DNA of 64,000 nt, from positions 12,710,001-12,774,000 of the forward strand of contig CM022671.1 in the NCBI GenBank assembly GCA_012295275.1, in the 5' to 3' direction. Shown here in pieces: positions 51,706-63,724 of this stretch. The position numbers and the translations under genes are program-made. A model generated the notes under the pieces. It was given only the letters and a program-made list of their open reading frames with translations. It made no database searches and was not told the DNA's origin. Positions within the stretch are counted from its first letter, which is position 1. Each line of letters begins with the position of its first letter. Source of the stretch: Chrysomallon squamiferum. Taxonomy: Eukaryota; Animalia; Mollusca.

Positions 51706-53042
51706 TTCTGTTCTTGTTTTCTATACAGTGTCCTAGTTTAATAATCACAAGGATCGTTTGCTTGCGCAAAAAACCCAGTCAGATTATAGATAGAACGTGA
51801 CTCCGAATTTGTTTAGGGGTCACTGGTAAATGTCGGCTACGCTTTTTCCTGCGACAGGCAGAATTCTTTCTATGACTCAAATATAGTTTGTTTTCACAGG
51901 ATTCTTGTATCTGATTTGTAAATGATAATGGTTTTATAAAATAAATATTTCCAGTAGCATTGTTTATTGTGTTTGATGCTAAGTACTAAACACGATTCTT
52001 CTTCGTAGACCGGTTCTCAAAGTAATTCCAACCAATACTTTGTTTATTGAAATTGTTTGTTGGCCTAAATAAAACATGGGCCATTACAAAGAATTTACCA
52101 TGTGTTTGTCATTTCCAGCCGCTGTTTAAAAAACTGCAGGTTTTAAGTAATGCAATAATTGTTTTTCTTTCCAACAGGACTACTAGCGAACTAGACTTGA
52201 AGGATAAAAGCGGTGCAGCAATCTTTTAGAACGTGACCACAGAAAAGTAAATCCGATTTTTTTGACGATTTACCTGTAAACATAACGATAACATACTGGT
52301 GCGCGCATGGCACAACACACGTAGTGACGTACACACAATTAAATGTAATTGTTAAGCAACCAAAAAATTCAGAGTCGATACTGACATCATTAAATAACTA
52401 GATATTCCAAATATACTGTCATTTTAATAATAATATGTATGGGAATGCCAGAATTGCATTCTATTTTGTTGTAACCAATGGGGTTTTTTTGTCCCCCCCC
52501 CCCGTTGGTTAAGTGTTTTAAAACAAAAAGATAAAACAAAAAGAACAATTATAATAACTTTATTCGTTTTAATCATAAGCGCGCGCGATATTTATTGAAA
52601 CTTGCATTTAGTAATATTTCAGTAAATTTTATTGTAACCTTTATACATTTAAACTTGTGATTAGATAACATCTGACCAAAAAAAATTATTTATTCCAATT
52701 AGTTAATTGTGCATCCCGTTTTGCTTGAGGAGTATATAACGAAAAATACAAGTACTGAAATCTTTCTATATCTGGTTTAATCGTTTATTCAATAATAATT
52801 ATTGGTATATCCCTTTTTCACATTGATCTGTTCGGTATTTCATTTGATTGCATATTCAATGTAATCTTTCAAACTGACTCTGGTCATTATAAATTAGAGA
52901 ACTTATCGCGGTCCTTTACAATTATTATTATAACGCATTATCGTTAGTATTAATGAGTTTGATTTTGTTTGATTTTATTTATTATTATTTTCTTCCTCTG
53001 GTTTCTGGGTATCGTTCTTCATGGTGATGGCGTATTTGTCAC

Positions 53043-54740
53043 CTACTCACTGGAATCAGCTGTTACGTCTAGAATGTGAAAAAGTATATCAGGATAGAAC
53101 TGTATAAAAAATTAAAATGTATTTTTATCATTATTATTTTTATATTTACTTATTTATTTTTGTTTTAATTTTTTTGGAGGGGGTTTCTTTATTTTTTTAA
53201 TCTTCTTTTTTTTTTTTTTTTTTTTCTTAGAAACGACTACAATACAACAGGATAATAATATAACAATAGTAAAACAAAGACCACAAATATCAATTCAGCT
53301 CGATCTGCTTTTCAGACAACCATATTATTTCATTCTTTTTTTTTTTCTTTTGTTTTCTCTTTTTTCATTATTTTATTATTTTAAAATGAAAAAGATCTGA
53401 ACCTATGTTGTTGTATTTGTTTTTAATGCTTTTGTTATTAATATCTTATTTATTTATTTATTTATTTATGGAGAAATCGTTATTCTACCTTGTTCCTCAT
53501 TTCTAAATCTAGTTCTTCGATTTATTCGGTTGCGCTGTTTCCTTCTTCGTCCGGACTGTTCCGTTGTTACGTACTGGTCACATATATGATGACCCATACC
53601 TCTGTGATGTCTCATCAGCATATGGCGTCCGTTGTACTGGAACATTCCACCATGGGACATTCTATCAAGCATTCTATGATGGGGCATCCTGTGATGCGAC
53701 ATAAAATTTCCGTTTTCTTGCAAGGATCTGTAATGCTGTCTGAGTTGTTGACGATATTGTTCCAGCTCATCCGGGTTGTCTCGGGACTCCAGTATAAGTT
53801 GGTGAAGTCTCGTCAATTCCTCGCAGTGTTCCCGCATTTCATTCTCGTCAAACTGTCGTCCCTGTCTGAGCCCTTGCGTCATGTGTCTGTTGACGCCATT
53901 AAAACGATTACTATGTTGTCGGTTTCCTCCAGAATTGGCAGCAGTAACACTCAGCATGCATAATGCTGGAATGTAAAAAGTAGAATAAAAAAGTATTAAA
54001 AGTGCTAAATATGGGTATCTTATTTGTTAATCTTTATCATCGGTAAATTAATCACTGAAATAGTTGCATGATTATATTTATTATTATTATTAACGTTGTT
54101 ATGAGACCTTATTAATAAAGGGAAATTGACAGCTTTGTCGAGTCTTCAGGAATTTGAAAATTACTACCATACTTTATTGTTTGCAAAGGGTGGTGTAATT
54201 AAATAATAACTAGATTTTGAGTTAGAGCAAAGAAATACACAAATAAATTACCACTGATGTCTGTTGTCTAGCATAACTGTTATTTGTATTAAAATAATAA
54301 AATAATAATAAATAAAATTTTAAAATCATCAATAATAATACGGAAAATAAATCCAAAAGCATTTATGTCTTTCAAATGATGTTGTTCGAGGAAAAGAACG
54401 TGTTATAAGCTGTGACGATGCAAAATAGAATTCAAAAGAATAGTTTTATAAATAGAAGTATTTCTTTTCTAGTACATAGGCCAAGGTCGCGTTTCACGCT
54501 TGGAATCTGCTTAACAGGGACGGCCATCACGCGAAGCAGGATCAGGTGACAAAGCAGTGGTGGTTCCAGAATTCTCAAGACGAAGAATGCTGATATAATC
54601 TTAAGTGAGTTTTGGGTTTCATTACAGAGAAAACAACAATGACAATACAGTGACAAAGCTAATGGTTTATCGTTTCATTCTAGGCCAGGTTAACGTATCC
54701 TATGCTCGAAAGGTTTTATAACAGATGCAAGCTAGTTATT

Positions 54741-54793
<53 letters not shown>

Positions 54794-55187
54794 TAATAAT
54801 TGTCTTTAAAAAATAAAAAATAAATGAAATAGTTCACAAGCAGGATTACGTTGCAATTTCAATGATTTCAAAAATATATATAATTGATTAGTAATGAAGA
54901 ATAAAAATAAAAATAAATATAAGGAAAAACGAAAATAAGAATAAGAAATAGGTGAGCTTTAAAACGTTAACAAAATTAGTTTCAATAATATTGAAACCAT
55001 TTTAAATTTATTATTTTAACTTTTTTAACTTATGTGTCTGCTCTCTTTTATAACATAACTTTTAAAAAAGAAGAAAAACGTCACATGAAACAAAAAATGA
55101 AAAGGAAAAAAAACAAAGTAAAGCATCTAAGGAATGGACTTAAAAAATTAACATTTAATTAAATAACCAAAGAGCGTTGTGTGTGTG

Positions 55188-55286
<99 letters not shown>

Positions 55287-55371
55287 GCACACACACACAC
55301 AAAAGTGTAAATTAATAAATAATTAGTAAGATGAACTAACCTATAATTGCCCAAATCGTTATCATCTCCAT
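53043..55371 (-). CDS. Secreted Arg/His/Met/Gln-rich protein B, 177 aa, 3 exons
   Basis: Exons 55371-55341 (MEMITIWAII), 53965-53489 (ALCMLSVTA-ANSGG..HHRMPHHRM..RRRKQRNRINRRTRFRNEEQ) and 53068-53043 (DVTADSSE*). Phase-1 GT-AG introns. Confidence 0.78.
53226..53420. repeat. Dispersed ~200-bp repeat, copy 1 (copy 2 at ~59053-59295)
   Basis: Shared blocks in the same order: CTTAGAA(A/T)CGACTAC, then CAGCTCGATCTGCTTT(T/C)CAGACAAC (53296-53320 vs 59147-59171, 24/25 identical), then GAAAA(A)GA..CTAT..GTTGTTG. Confidence 0.7.
55192..55300. repeat. Compound (CT)n(CA)n microsatellite
   Basis: Direct inspection. Confidence 0.95.
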
Positions 55372-55618
55372 CCTTGTTGTTTCATTTATTTCAGACGATA
55401 CCCAGGACACTAATGGCTGTTATACGACCACTGCTTCTTTGTTAAACGTGAACACGACGTAAAACCACTGATCCGAAATATTCATGTTTGAGAGAAAAAG
55501 CTGATTTATCTTAAACGAATTTCTGTACCGTGAATCCTACTGTCCAGTTGGGACATAACCATGTTCAAAATGGTTGCAGTGTTGACGGATAAATTACCTC
55601 TGTATGTGTGTGTGTGAG

Positions 55619-55728
55619 TATGTATGTATGTATGTATGTATGTATGTATGTATGTATGTATGTATGTATGTATGTATGTATGTATGTATGTATGTATGTA
55701 TGTATGTATGTATGGATGTATGTATGTA
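55619..55728. repeat. (TATG)n microsatellite
   Basis: Direct inspection. Confidence 0.95.
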
Positions 55729-57327
55729 TAAATGTTTGCGGCTGTGTATGTGTGTGTGGATATGTTGAACCTATCTCTCTGTGTGTGTGTGCTTAATTAT
55801 AGAATTACACGTTTTGTTTGTTTTATTATTTCTACGTAACGGAAATATTCTTCTTCCTTATTTGATTAAATACAACTGTAAAAAAATTAAATTAAAAATA
55901 ACCAAATCCGATTTACTGTTCCACAAACCTACGAGACATACTTTTAATTTTTTAATTTTTTAATTTTTTTTTTTTATGACAGGCAAAAGGACATAACGAT
56001 TAACGTCACAAGAAACGATAGACTAAATCAAATTAATACTCTTACATTAATTATAAACTTCAGGAGTTTTTTAAGATTATGAATAGAATTTGGATAAAAT
56101 AATATTGATATGGACATTTGGAGCTGTCGTAATTGTTAAATTTGACTAGAATGGGCCTCTTAATGGTATAGACGTATGGAGTTATAATATATAATATAGT
56201 CTTGCTTAGAAACAGTAGGTTTCAGTAAACTAAAACTACAAACCAAAAAAAAAAAAAATAAAATAAAACCAAGTACAAAAGAACAGTATAGCTTAAAGAT
56301 GCTATATCTCTTTCTTTTGTCTTTTATTATTATTATTATTTTTTTTTTTTTTTTTTTTTTTTTTTTGGGGGGGGTGGGGGTTGTGCGGGTTTTTTGTTCT
56401 TTTGTTGCTTTTTTTTCTCACTGATAATCAATATAATGTTAATGTTATGACCTTTTATTTAATTTTTTTTAAAAAAGGAAAAGAAAAGAAAACGAAGAAG
56501 AAATGACTAAAAAAGAAAATAAGAAAATAAATAATCATTTTCTACTTTTAATGTAAAAATTCTTTTAATGTCTTCTTCACACGATCAAGATTTATTTTCT
56601 GGAAAAAAGAAAGAAAAGAAGAAATAATAATAAGAGAGTAACAACTACTACTATTACAGTAACAACCAAAAATTTCAATAATATTAAAATTAAGTTTAAA
56701 AAGGAAGCTCTTCAGTAATGTATTATTTTCCAAGAAAGATTTTATCTTTCTGTAGTCTCTAAGTTGTTAGTAATAGCATCTATTTATGTATTAATTGCTT
56801 CTGTTTATACTCAAACCAAAACATTATTTAGTAGATAACACTTTAGGAGAGATAACTGTAATCTGTAGAATATAAGTAGTATGGGTCGAGTCTCATTTAT
56901 CAGAAAGGCATGACACGATATCTTATTATATTTATATATATCTTATACAAAACATCTGCAGGTTGCTTTTTAAAATATTTTTCTGAATGAAATGACGTAC
57001 ACTAATTCATCCGAAAACTTCATAATTATTTCGGTTGATTATAAATGTTTGGGGTTTAGGAACTGTGGATAAAGGATCTTCGTCTTATACTACTATTACA
57101 ACAATATATATATTTTATTATTATAAAAATTATTGTTGTTGTTGTTGTTGTTATTATTATTATCGTTGATAAAGATAAATATAAAAGAAGAAAACGAATA
57201 AAAAAAGAGCATTAAAATATACAAACAAATTAATAATATACAGTATCTCTAAATCCTCTAATATCAGTAAGAAGAAAAAATTAGAATTTTAATGGCAGTT
57301 GGAATAAAATTTACCTGTAACGAAACA

Positions 57328-58553
57328 TTATGCCTTTTTCAATTTAAATATATTTTCAACTGATCGCTTTCTTTTCTTCTGAATCATCTGGTTTACACTG
57401 GCTGTAGTTGGTTGTGGTGTGGTCTGTACATCGTCTCCCCAACCCCAACGCCACATCCACATAGGACGCCAGTTCCATGTATCCCGCGATTCGTCATCTT
57501 TATCTGTATCCGGGTCCCAGGGTATCGGTGGACCCCATCTTCCAGGACGTCCCCATCGTCTTGGTCCCCACCTTGGTGGCATCCAGTCATTTCCTTCTCC
57601 GTCATCATCTGATCCCTGCCGCCACCACGCCCACGGCGGACCCCACTGACCATCTCGCTGCCACGCCCAAGGTGGTCCCCATCCTGCTCTGCGACGCCAG
57701 CCCCAGCCTCCGCATCCACCACCCCAACATGGTGGAGTCCAGTTAAATGGTTCATTTGATTCTTCTCTGGTTGTCGGCGATGTTGTACCATCGACCACGG
57801 CCGATGATGTGGCCAACAGAACTGTAGCGTTTTAAGAAAAGAAAAATAATTAAAAGGATTTGCCCATAGTTAACATATATAATGTTTATCAAGTGATTCA
57901 AGACACTCTAGAGTTGGATTTTTTTGCGAATTTGGTTCTCCTGGAAAATAGTTGAGGCAAAAATATAACTGATTTCAGTTTTGAGGTATATTATCTGTGA
58001 TTTAGCATCGATAAGTGGTTATAAATATATATGTGTGGCTGACTTTTGGTATGCATTGATCACGCCTATCATAGTGTCTCTGATATCGCCGATAAATGAG
58101 GTTAAAATATTGCCATTCATTGACTATTTGAAATTAGTTAAAGTTGGCAGGGGAAAATAAAAGTGATATAATTAAGTTGAGACAATATTAACAGGATTAC
58201 GAAAAAAGACGGAAAAAAATACATATTCACTTTTATCGTTATAAAATATCATTATCTTAAAATGTGCGCTTAGATTGGATAAAATAATTAATGTATTTCT
58301 AAATATAGTTAGAACAAACAAAATTATTTTCCTAAAAATGAAAATAAAAGCGAAAAAAAAAGAGGTAAAAATAAAGAAAAGAGAACTATTTCTTTTATAT
58401 GATAAGCATTAGACAATCTTAAACAGCTTGTTAGATATTTATTACTTCACATATGTTATGATTTCAGTAACATTTATGTGCTGTTATAAACAACTATAAT
58501 AGTTTTCTTATAATTTACTCACCCAGTAACAACCAACAAACTAAAGAAACCAT
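57328..58553 (-). CDS. Secreted Trp/Gly/Pro-rich protein C, 174 aa, 2 coding exons
   Basis: Exons 58553-58523 (MVSLVCWLLL, phase 1) and 57821-57328 (VLLATSSA-VVDG..WGPPWAW x2, WGP repeats, acidic spacers, KKRKRS..*). A donor CAG|GTAAAT lies 13 nt after the stop (57315/57314). Confidence 0.8.
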
Positions 58554-59052
58554 TTTTCTTTTAAGATAAATATGTATGTCGCTTTAATTTATAAGTGATA
58601 AAACAGACGAACGTGATTTCTTTTAATTGGTGAGGGTACAGACTTTAACCCACATTGCCTTAAGACAATAACGTTGACATTACGTGAACCGCTCTGAACG
58701 CTGCAAATCTGTAAGACAATGCGTTGTTTATCACGACTCCGCATTCTAGAGTTACAGTGCAAAGCGTCACAAGCACGTATTAGATGTTTATGGAACGTTC
58801 TTTTCTTGCCACAATCACGACTTTTTTATTTCCTTATTTAATCTGGGATAATTTATGTGATCAGTGGCAGATACTTTCTTTAAAAATGAAATGTCCCAGA
58901 GGATGTGTTATCGAGAAACCGGAATTTTTCTTCTTATATGGTTCACAAAGAAATTCTCGTTGTCGCTAGGGTTATTTTTTACTTATATTTTTTGCTTACT
59001 TTTGATATATTTAAATAAAATTAAAAACGAACCTATTATTTTTCTTTGATGT

Positions 59053-59295
59053 CTTAGAATCGACTACTTTAAAATAGAATAATATATAAAACTAGCAACA
59101 GATACAATAATTTAAAAATACATAATAAGAACAAATTAATTCAGTACAGCTCGATCTGCTTTCCAGACAACTTTTTTTTTTTTCGTTATTAATCTTTAAT
59201 TTTTAAATTTGTTTTCATATTGTTAAATGAAAGAAAAACATTTGTATAATTATTAAACTGAAAAAGACCTCAGTCAGAATCTATTTGTTGTTGCT
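59053..59295. repeat. Dispersed repeat, copy 2 (see 53226-53420)
   Basis: Same ordered blocks as copy 1, in the same orientation. Confidence 0.65.
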
Positions 59296-60176
59296 TTTAT
59301 GTCCTGTGATTGTCTATCATATTAATATTAAATGTCATCATTATTCCGAAAACAAAACTATATTAATATCATACGATTTCTTCTCGCTTATCATCACTAT
59401 AAATAAATAAAACAAATAGGATTAACAGCTTATAGATCTTATAATTAAAAATTATTATATTTCTTCTTCTTCTTAAGATCCAATAGATTGAGATATAGTG
59501 ATATGCCGATATGTAATCATGGTGTAAATTTTAATTTTAATTCAGTGATTATAACGAAACTCTGTTGCTTAATGGGTTAGCTGACGTCAGGTCACTTCTT
59601 GTAAGTAGACTTTCCTAACCATGGGGTTATTATTTATTTTTAAAATGTACAAACGATCCCTGTTTTTAGTACGGACAAATAAACCTGAAGGGAAGCAAAT
59701 ATTTAGTTCTTTAAAGACACTCAATGACTTCAGTTGACAGTTATCGTAAACTGCCTAGGCCTATTATTTACTTTATTAAATTTGTAATTAGTACACTGAA
59801 GCAAAACAATTAAAAGTTGTAAATGTCTTTGATGTATACCATGAAAGTACAACAGTAATCATAAGAATGCTATCAGTACTAAAACTACATAACTGTTGTC
59901 TTTCCTATAATATATACATATCTATTGTCTGTTATAAGCCATCTTAACCCAGCTGTTGTTGAATTATACGTTACAACTTTTGTTTTCTAAGGGTTGTCTG
60001 TTTTAAACATCACAACACAACTGTTATTTAATCACAATTACTTTTAGTTCTATAACAATTAATTATTGTCTGTCCTAAGAAACTGATAATCATAAATTAA
60101 CAGAGAGTTAGATCCGTAATTCTAAAATGAATTTTCTCCATTTTTTTTTATTTTATTTTTTTATTTTTTTTATTAA

Positions 60177-60213
<37 letters not shown>

Positions 60214-60989
60214 TTTATTTATTAATTTTTTTTTTTTATTTAATTTAATTTATTTTAATTTAATTATTTTAATATTATTATTTATTTTATATTATTTATT
60301 TATTTATTTATTTATTTCATTTACACAAATATTGTGATAATTATGTTAGTGTTTTAATTACTTGATGTAATTATAATCTATTTCAGAAGGTGAAGATGAC
60401 ATTGAACTAAAGGAAACAAAAATGCAGTTACCGAACTAAAACAATGTAAGAAAGTAAATTAGATGTTATTATAAAGAAGTAGGTTAGTATACATGTACTG
60501 TTTTATCTTGACATGTGATTTTAGGTCAAAGATCGCTTAGACTTCAACAAGATGCAAATAAGAAAATTCTGCATCACCCAAATTCGAGAAACGCTCTCTT
60601 AATTTCTGTTTAAAAAAAAATAAAAAATAAAAATTGAATAAAAGATTAAGATAGCTTCGTCATTTTTTCCCGCACTTTGTCACAGACAGTAAACCGGTTT
60701 GGGCCAATTAATTAACTATATTTATTTCTGTCTTAAAGATATGCAAACATTAAATTCTGGATAACACATTTAAAATGCTTTAACTAAAACCGAAGTTAAG
60801 TAGAACTGAAAATAATAATTTAAAAAAAAATGAATATTTATACATATTTATTCAAGAATCTCCTTAAGAGTTCAAAACAAAAAAGAATTCCGCAGAAGAC
60901 TTCTTCTAACAGTATTATTTAGCTCTGAAATAAATAAATAAAATATATAAATAAATATATATATATAATTTTATTATTATTATTATTAT

Positions 60990-61040
<51 letters not shown>

Positions 61041-61078
61041 CAGCAGCAGACTGACATGTTAGACACAGAAGATTCTTA

Positions 61079-62138
61079 CTATTTGAAATGTATTTCCTCT
61101 CCCATCTCTTCGAGTTCTTCCGCTGATCGTTTCCCTCTACTAGATTTAGACATAAAACTTGTTTGCTTCGAGTGTTTGCTGAAAAAGTCTTTACCATCTT
61201 TTTCACTTCTTACAAGTTTACCTTCAGAGAAACACAAACATCTGATACTCTAAAGAAAATATCACACAAACACGATGATAATGATTTCAGTAAATCTGAA
61301 GCTTTATTTTATATTGCGTTTGGTATAATTTAAATTAATCATTTGGTCTATTTTGTTTTCAAAATGAAAATATGCCTAACTTTTGAAATGAATTTGTTTT
61401 GGTTTACGAACTTGAAATGTTGCCAAATATCTTAGTAATAGCATTCTGGGTAGTTAAAATAACACACTTACTTGAAAACTTATTTAAATCGATATTCTGG
61501 CGTTTCTCTCCACTCACCAGCAAAACTGTAAGAAAAGATGAATAGAATTATTAGATCTGTTTCAAAATAAATAAATAAATAAATGAATGAATCAGGTATT
61601 TTTATTACTCATTTTATGTTACCTATACTTTATACCGAAAATGGAATTTATTATTTCCATGAAATATACCACATCTAAACAGTACATTGTATTATTTATT
61701 TACTTATTTATTTATTCATTCATTCATTCATTCATTCATTCATTTTGCTTAATAAACAATATTACTTTGTTTACTGTTTAACAAAGTTAACTGTCATTTG
61801 ATTTTAAAATGGAGATCGGTTTCTGATGTTCTAAATACAGGAATTTCACAACTTAACAAAAATAATAAATAAATAAATATTTGTTTAAAACATCTGATGA
61901 CACAACTGAAAAGCCAGAAGTAGTCACAGCAAATTATATCGAAACGATAAAAATACTTATTACTGATAGTTATTTGAAACAGAACTATTTCTAATTTCCT
62001 TGCAGAAGACAATATTAACTTCAAACATCAGTTTTGTACGAATGTTGTTGTTGTTGTTTTAGTTTATAAAATACTCAAATTAATATACTTACCAAGTAAA
62101 AGCAGAAAACATAGAATCAAGATTTTGAATGTTGACAT
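61079..62138 (-). CDS. Small secreted prepropeptide D, 74 aa, with an 8-nt microexon
   Basis: Exons 62138-62093 (MSTFKILILCFLLLL, phase 1), 61525-61518 (ttacag|TTTTGCTG|gtgagt) and 61249-61079 (SIRCLCFSEGK..SSRGKRSAEELEEMGEEIHFK*). Only the microexon-including phase stays open. Contains a furin-type RGKR site. Confidence 0.6.
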
Positions 62139-62599
62139 TTTTGAATGCCAGTTTCTTGTATGTATAAAGTTATGAACATGTCTCTATTTATGTGTTTTTA
62201 GGTGGTGTTTTTAAGTCTTCGTATCAGGAACTGAGATGTACAAAATATTATTATTAAGACAGGATATCCTGTTATGAATAAAAATTGGTTCTGCAAAACA
62301 TATCTATTACAATTTCATTTTTTTTTTTTTAATTTTATTCATCACACACACACAAAATAAAGACAAATAAAGAAAAAAACAAAAAAAAATCTATAATTTA
62401 CTATGAATAAAATTAAAACATAAATTATTGTCGACTTTGGTTCTTTAATTATTTATCTAGAATTATCGGGAAAGTAAAGAAAAGTGATCAGATTACGACC
62501 TAGTACTTTTAATTATACGATGATAAGTACGAAGTATTGTTTCTGCAATGTCAGATTATTTGTTAGATAACAGAAAAAACTTCGCCCCAATTACTCACT

Positions 62600-62608
62600 T
62601 ATATAAAA
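62600..62608 (+). promoter_or_regulatory. TATA-like box upstream of secreted gene E
   Basis: TATATAAAA ~40 nt upstream of the ATG at 62642. Weak evidence in AT-rich DNA. Confidence 0.35.
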
Positions 62609-62641
62609 ATAATTCAAGCATCATAATTTCATTTTTACATC

Positions 62642-63499
62642 ATGGCTACGTCAACGTTAATGTTTATGTTTGGACTTCTCTTGTTAAGTAAGTATTCAAA
62701 TCCAAATTTATTTATGCACTTTAAGTTCATCGAATACTCTTTTTAAAAATTCAAAAATAGAGAAAGGCAAATCCACCAGATTTATAAGGGAAATTTGAAT
62801 TGGCAGATTTGAAAAAAGAAAAAGCTTTGGATGAAAAAAATAAAAATACAGACTATAGAACCGTCGTCGTAATAAGTGAATCTCTTGGTAATAATTATGC
62901 ATGTAAAAAAGGTTTACTTGTTTTGGTGTCTAAGAATACTGTGTAACGTATGGTCCTGCATCAAAATACATATCACCAATATAGATGTAAGTTAATTCTG
63001 TCTTAAACATGACGTGGTAATAATAATATATAATAATATCACTACTAGGGAAATTCCTATACAGTTTTTAATTCGATGTTAATGTTAAACATAACATTTT
63101 TTCTTCTAATTTTGTTTTGAGTTCCTTTAACGTCCTTTTTGCTAATTCAGTAAAAATACCGCTAGAATTTAAAAAGTACTTCCATTTTACAGTGGGGATT
63201 CTTTTCATGAAGATGCCAGCAGAAGCGAGTCCATTGCATCATGGTCATTACTACGGATGGTATCACCACTGGTATCCTGGATACTATGCATACCCTGGGT
63301 ATTATAGGAACCCTGCGCAGTATATGCGAAATTCAGGTTTATGTCAGACTCTGATTCATACATGTTTTGTATTTCATTTCCATTAATTATGATTGCGTAT
63401 TAGTTATGGTAACATTTTTAACTTATGGTAAAATGTTTTCAGTTATTAACTTTTAGACTATTAACGGAAAATATTTTCTAAGCCTCGGAATGGTTAGAA

Positions 63500-63533
<34 letters not shown>

Positions 63534-63724
63534 ACACACATACACACACACTTAAAATATGATAATGATCACAAATAATCAGTAAATAACTGGTTGTTAA
63601 AATATCAAAAATAAAACATCACCTCCATCAAAATATAATGCATTTATTCTGTAAATTTAATTGTATTTGTTATTAATATATTACATTTTATCTTTCAGGA
63701 TATTTTCCGACTTATATGAAATGA
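62642..63724 (+). CDS. Secreted Tyr/His-rich peptide E, 71 aa, 3 exons
   Basis: Exons 62642-62687 (MATSTLMFMFGLLLL), 63193-63336 (MGILFMKMPAEA-SPLHHGHYYGWYHHWYPGYYAYPGYYRNPAQYMRNS) and 63699-63724 (GYFPTYMK*). Both introns are phase 1 GT-AG; the A-E-A signal cleavage motif is present. Confidence 0.8.

Noticed and set aside
50199-57791. Overlapping alternative-frame and antisense ORFs over secreted genes A, B and C (likewise over the ANKUB1 and ankyrin genes)
   Set aside because: Shadows of GC-richer repetitive coding exons; only one frame joins a signal-peptide exon.
51873-59589. AP-1 (TGACTCA, 51873), MRE-like (~52300) and CRE (TGACGTCA, 59582) motifs near cluster genes
   Set aside because: Single short motifs are expected by chance in this much sequence; no conservation data available.
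60387-60445. Plus-strand AG..GT-bounded segment reading EGEDDIELKETKMQLPN*
   Set aside because: Isolated, with no partner exons identified; probably chance.
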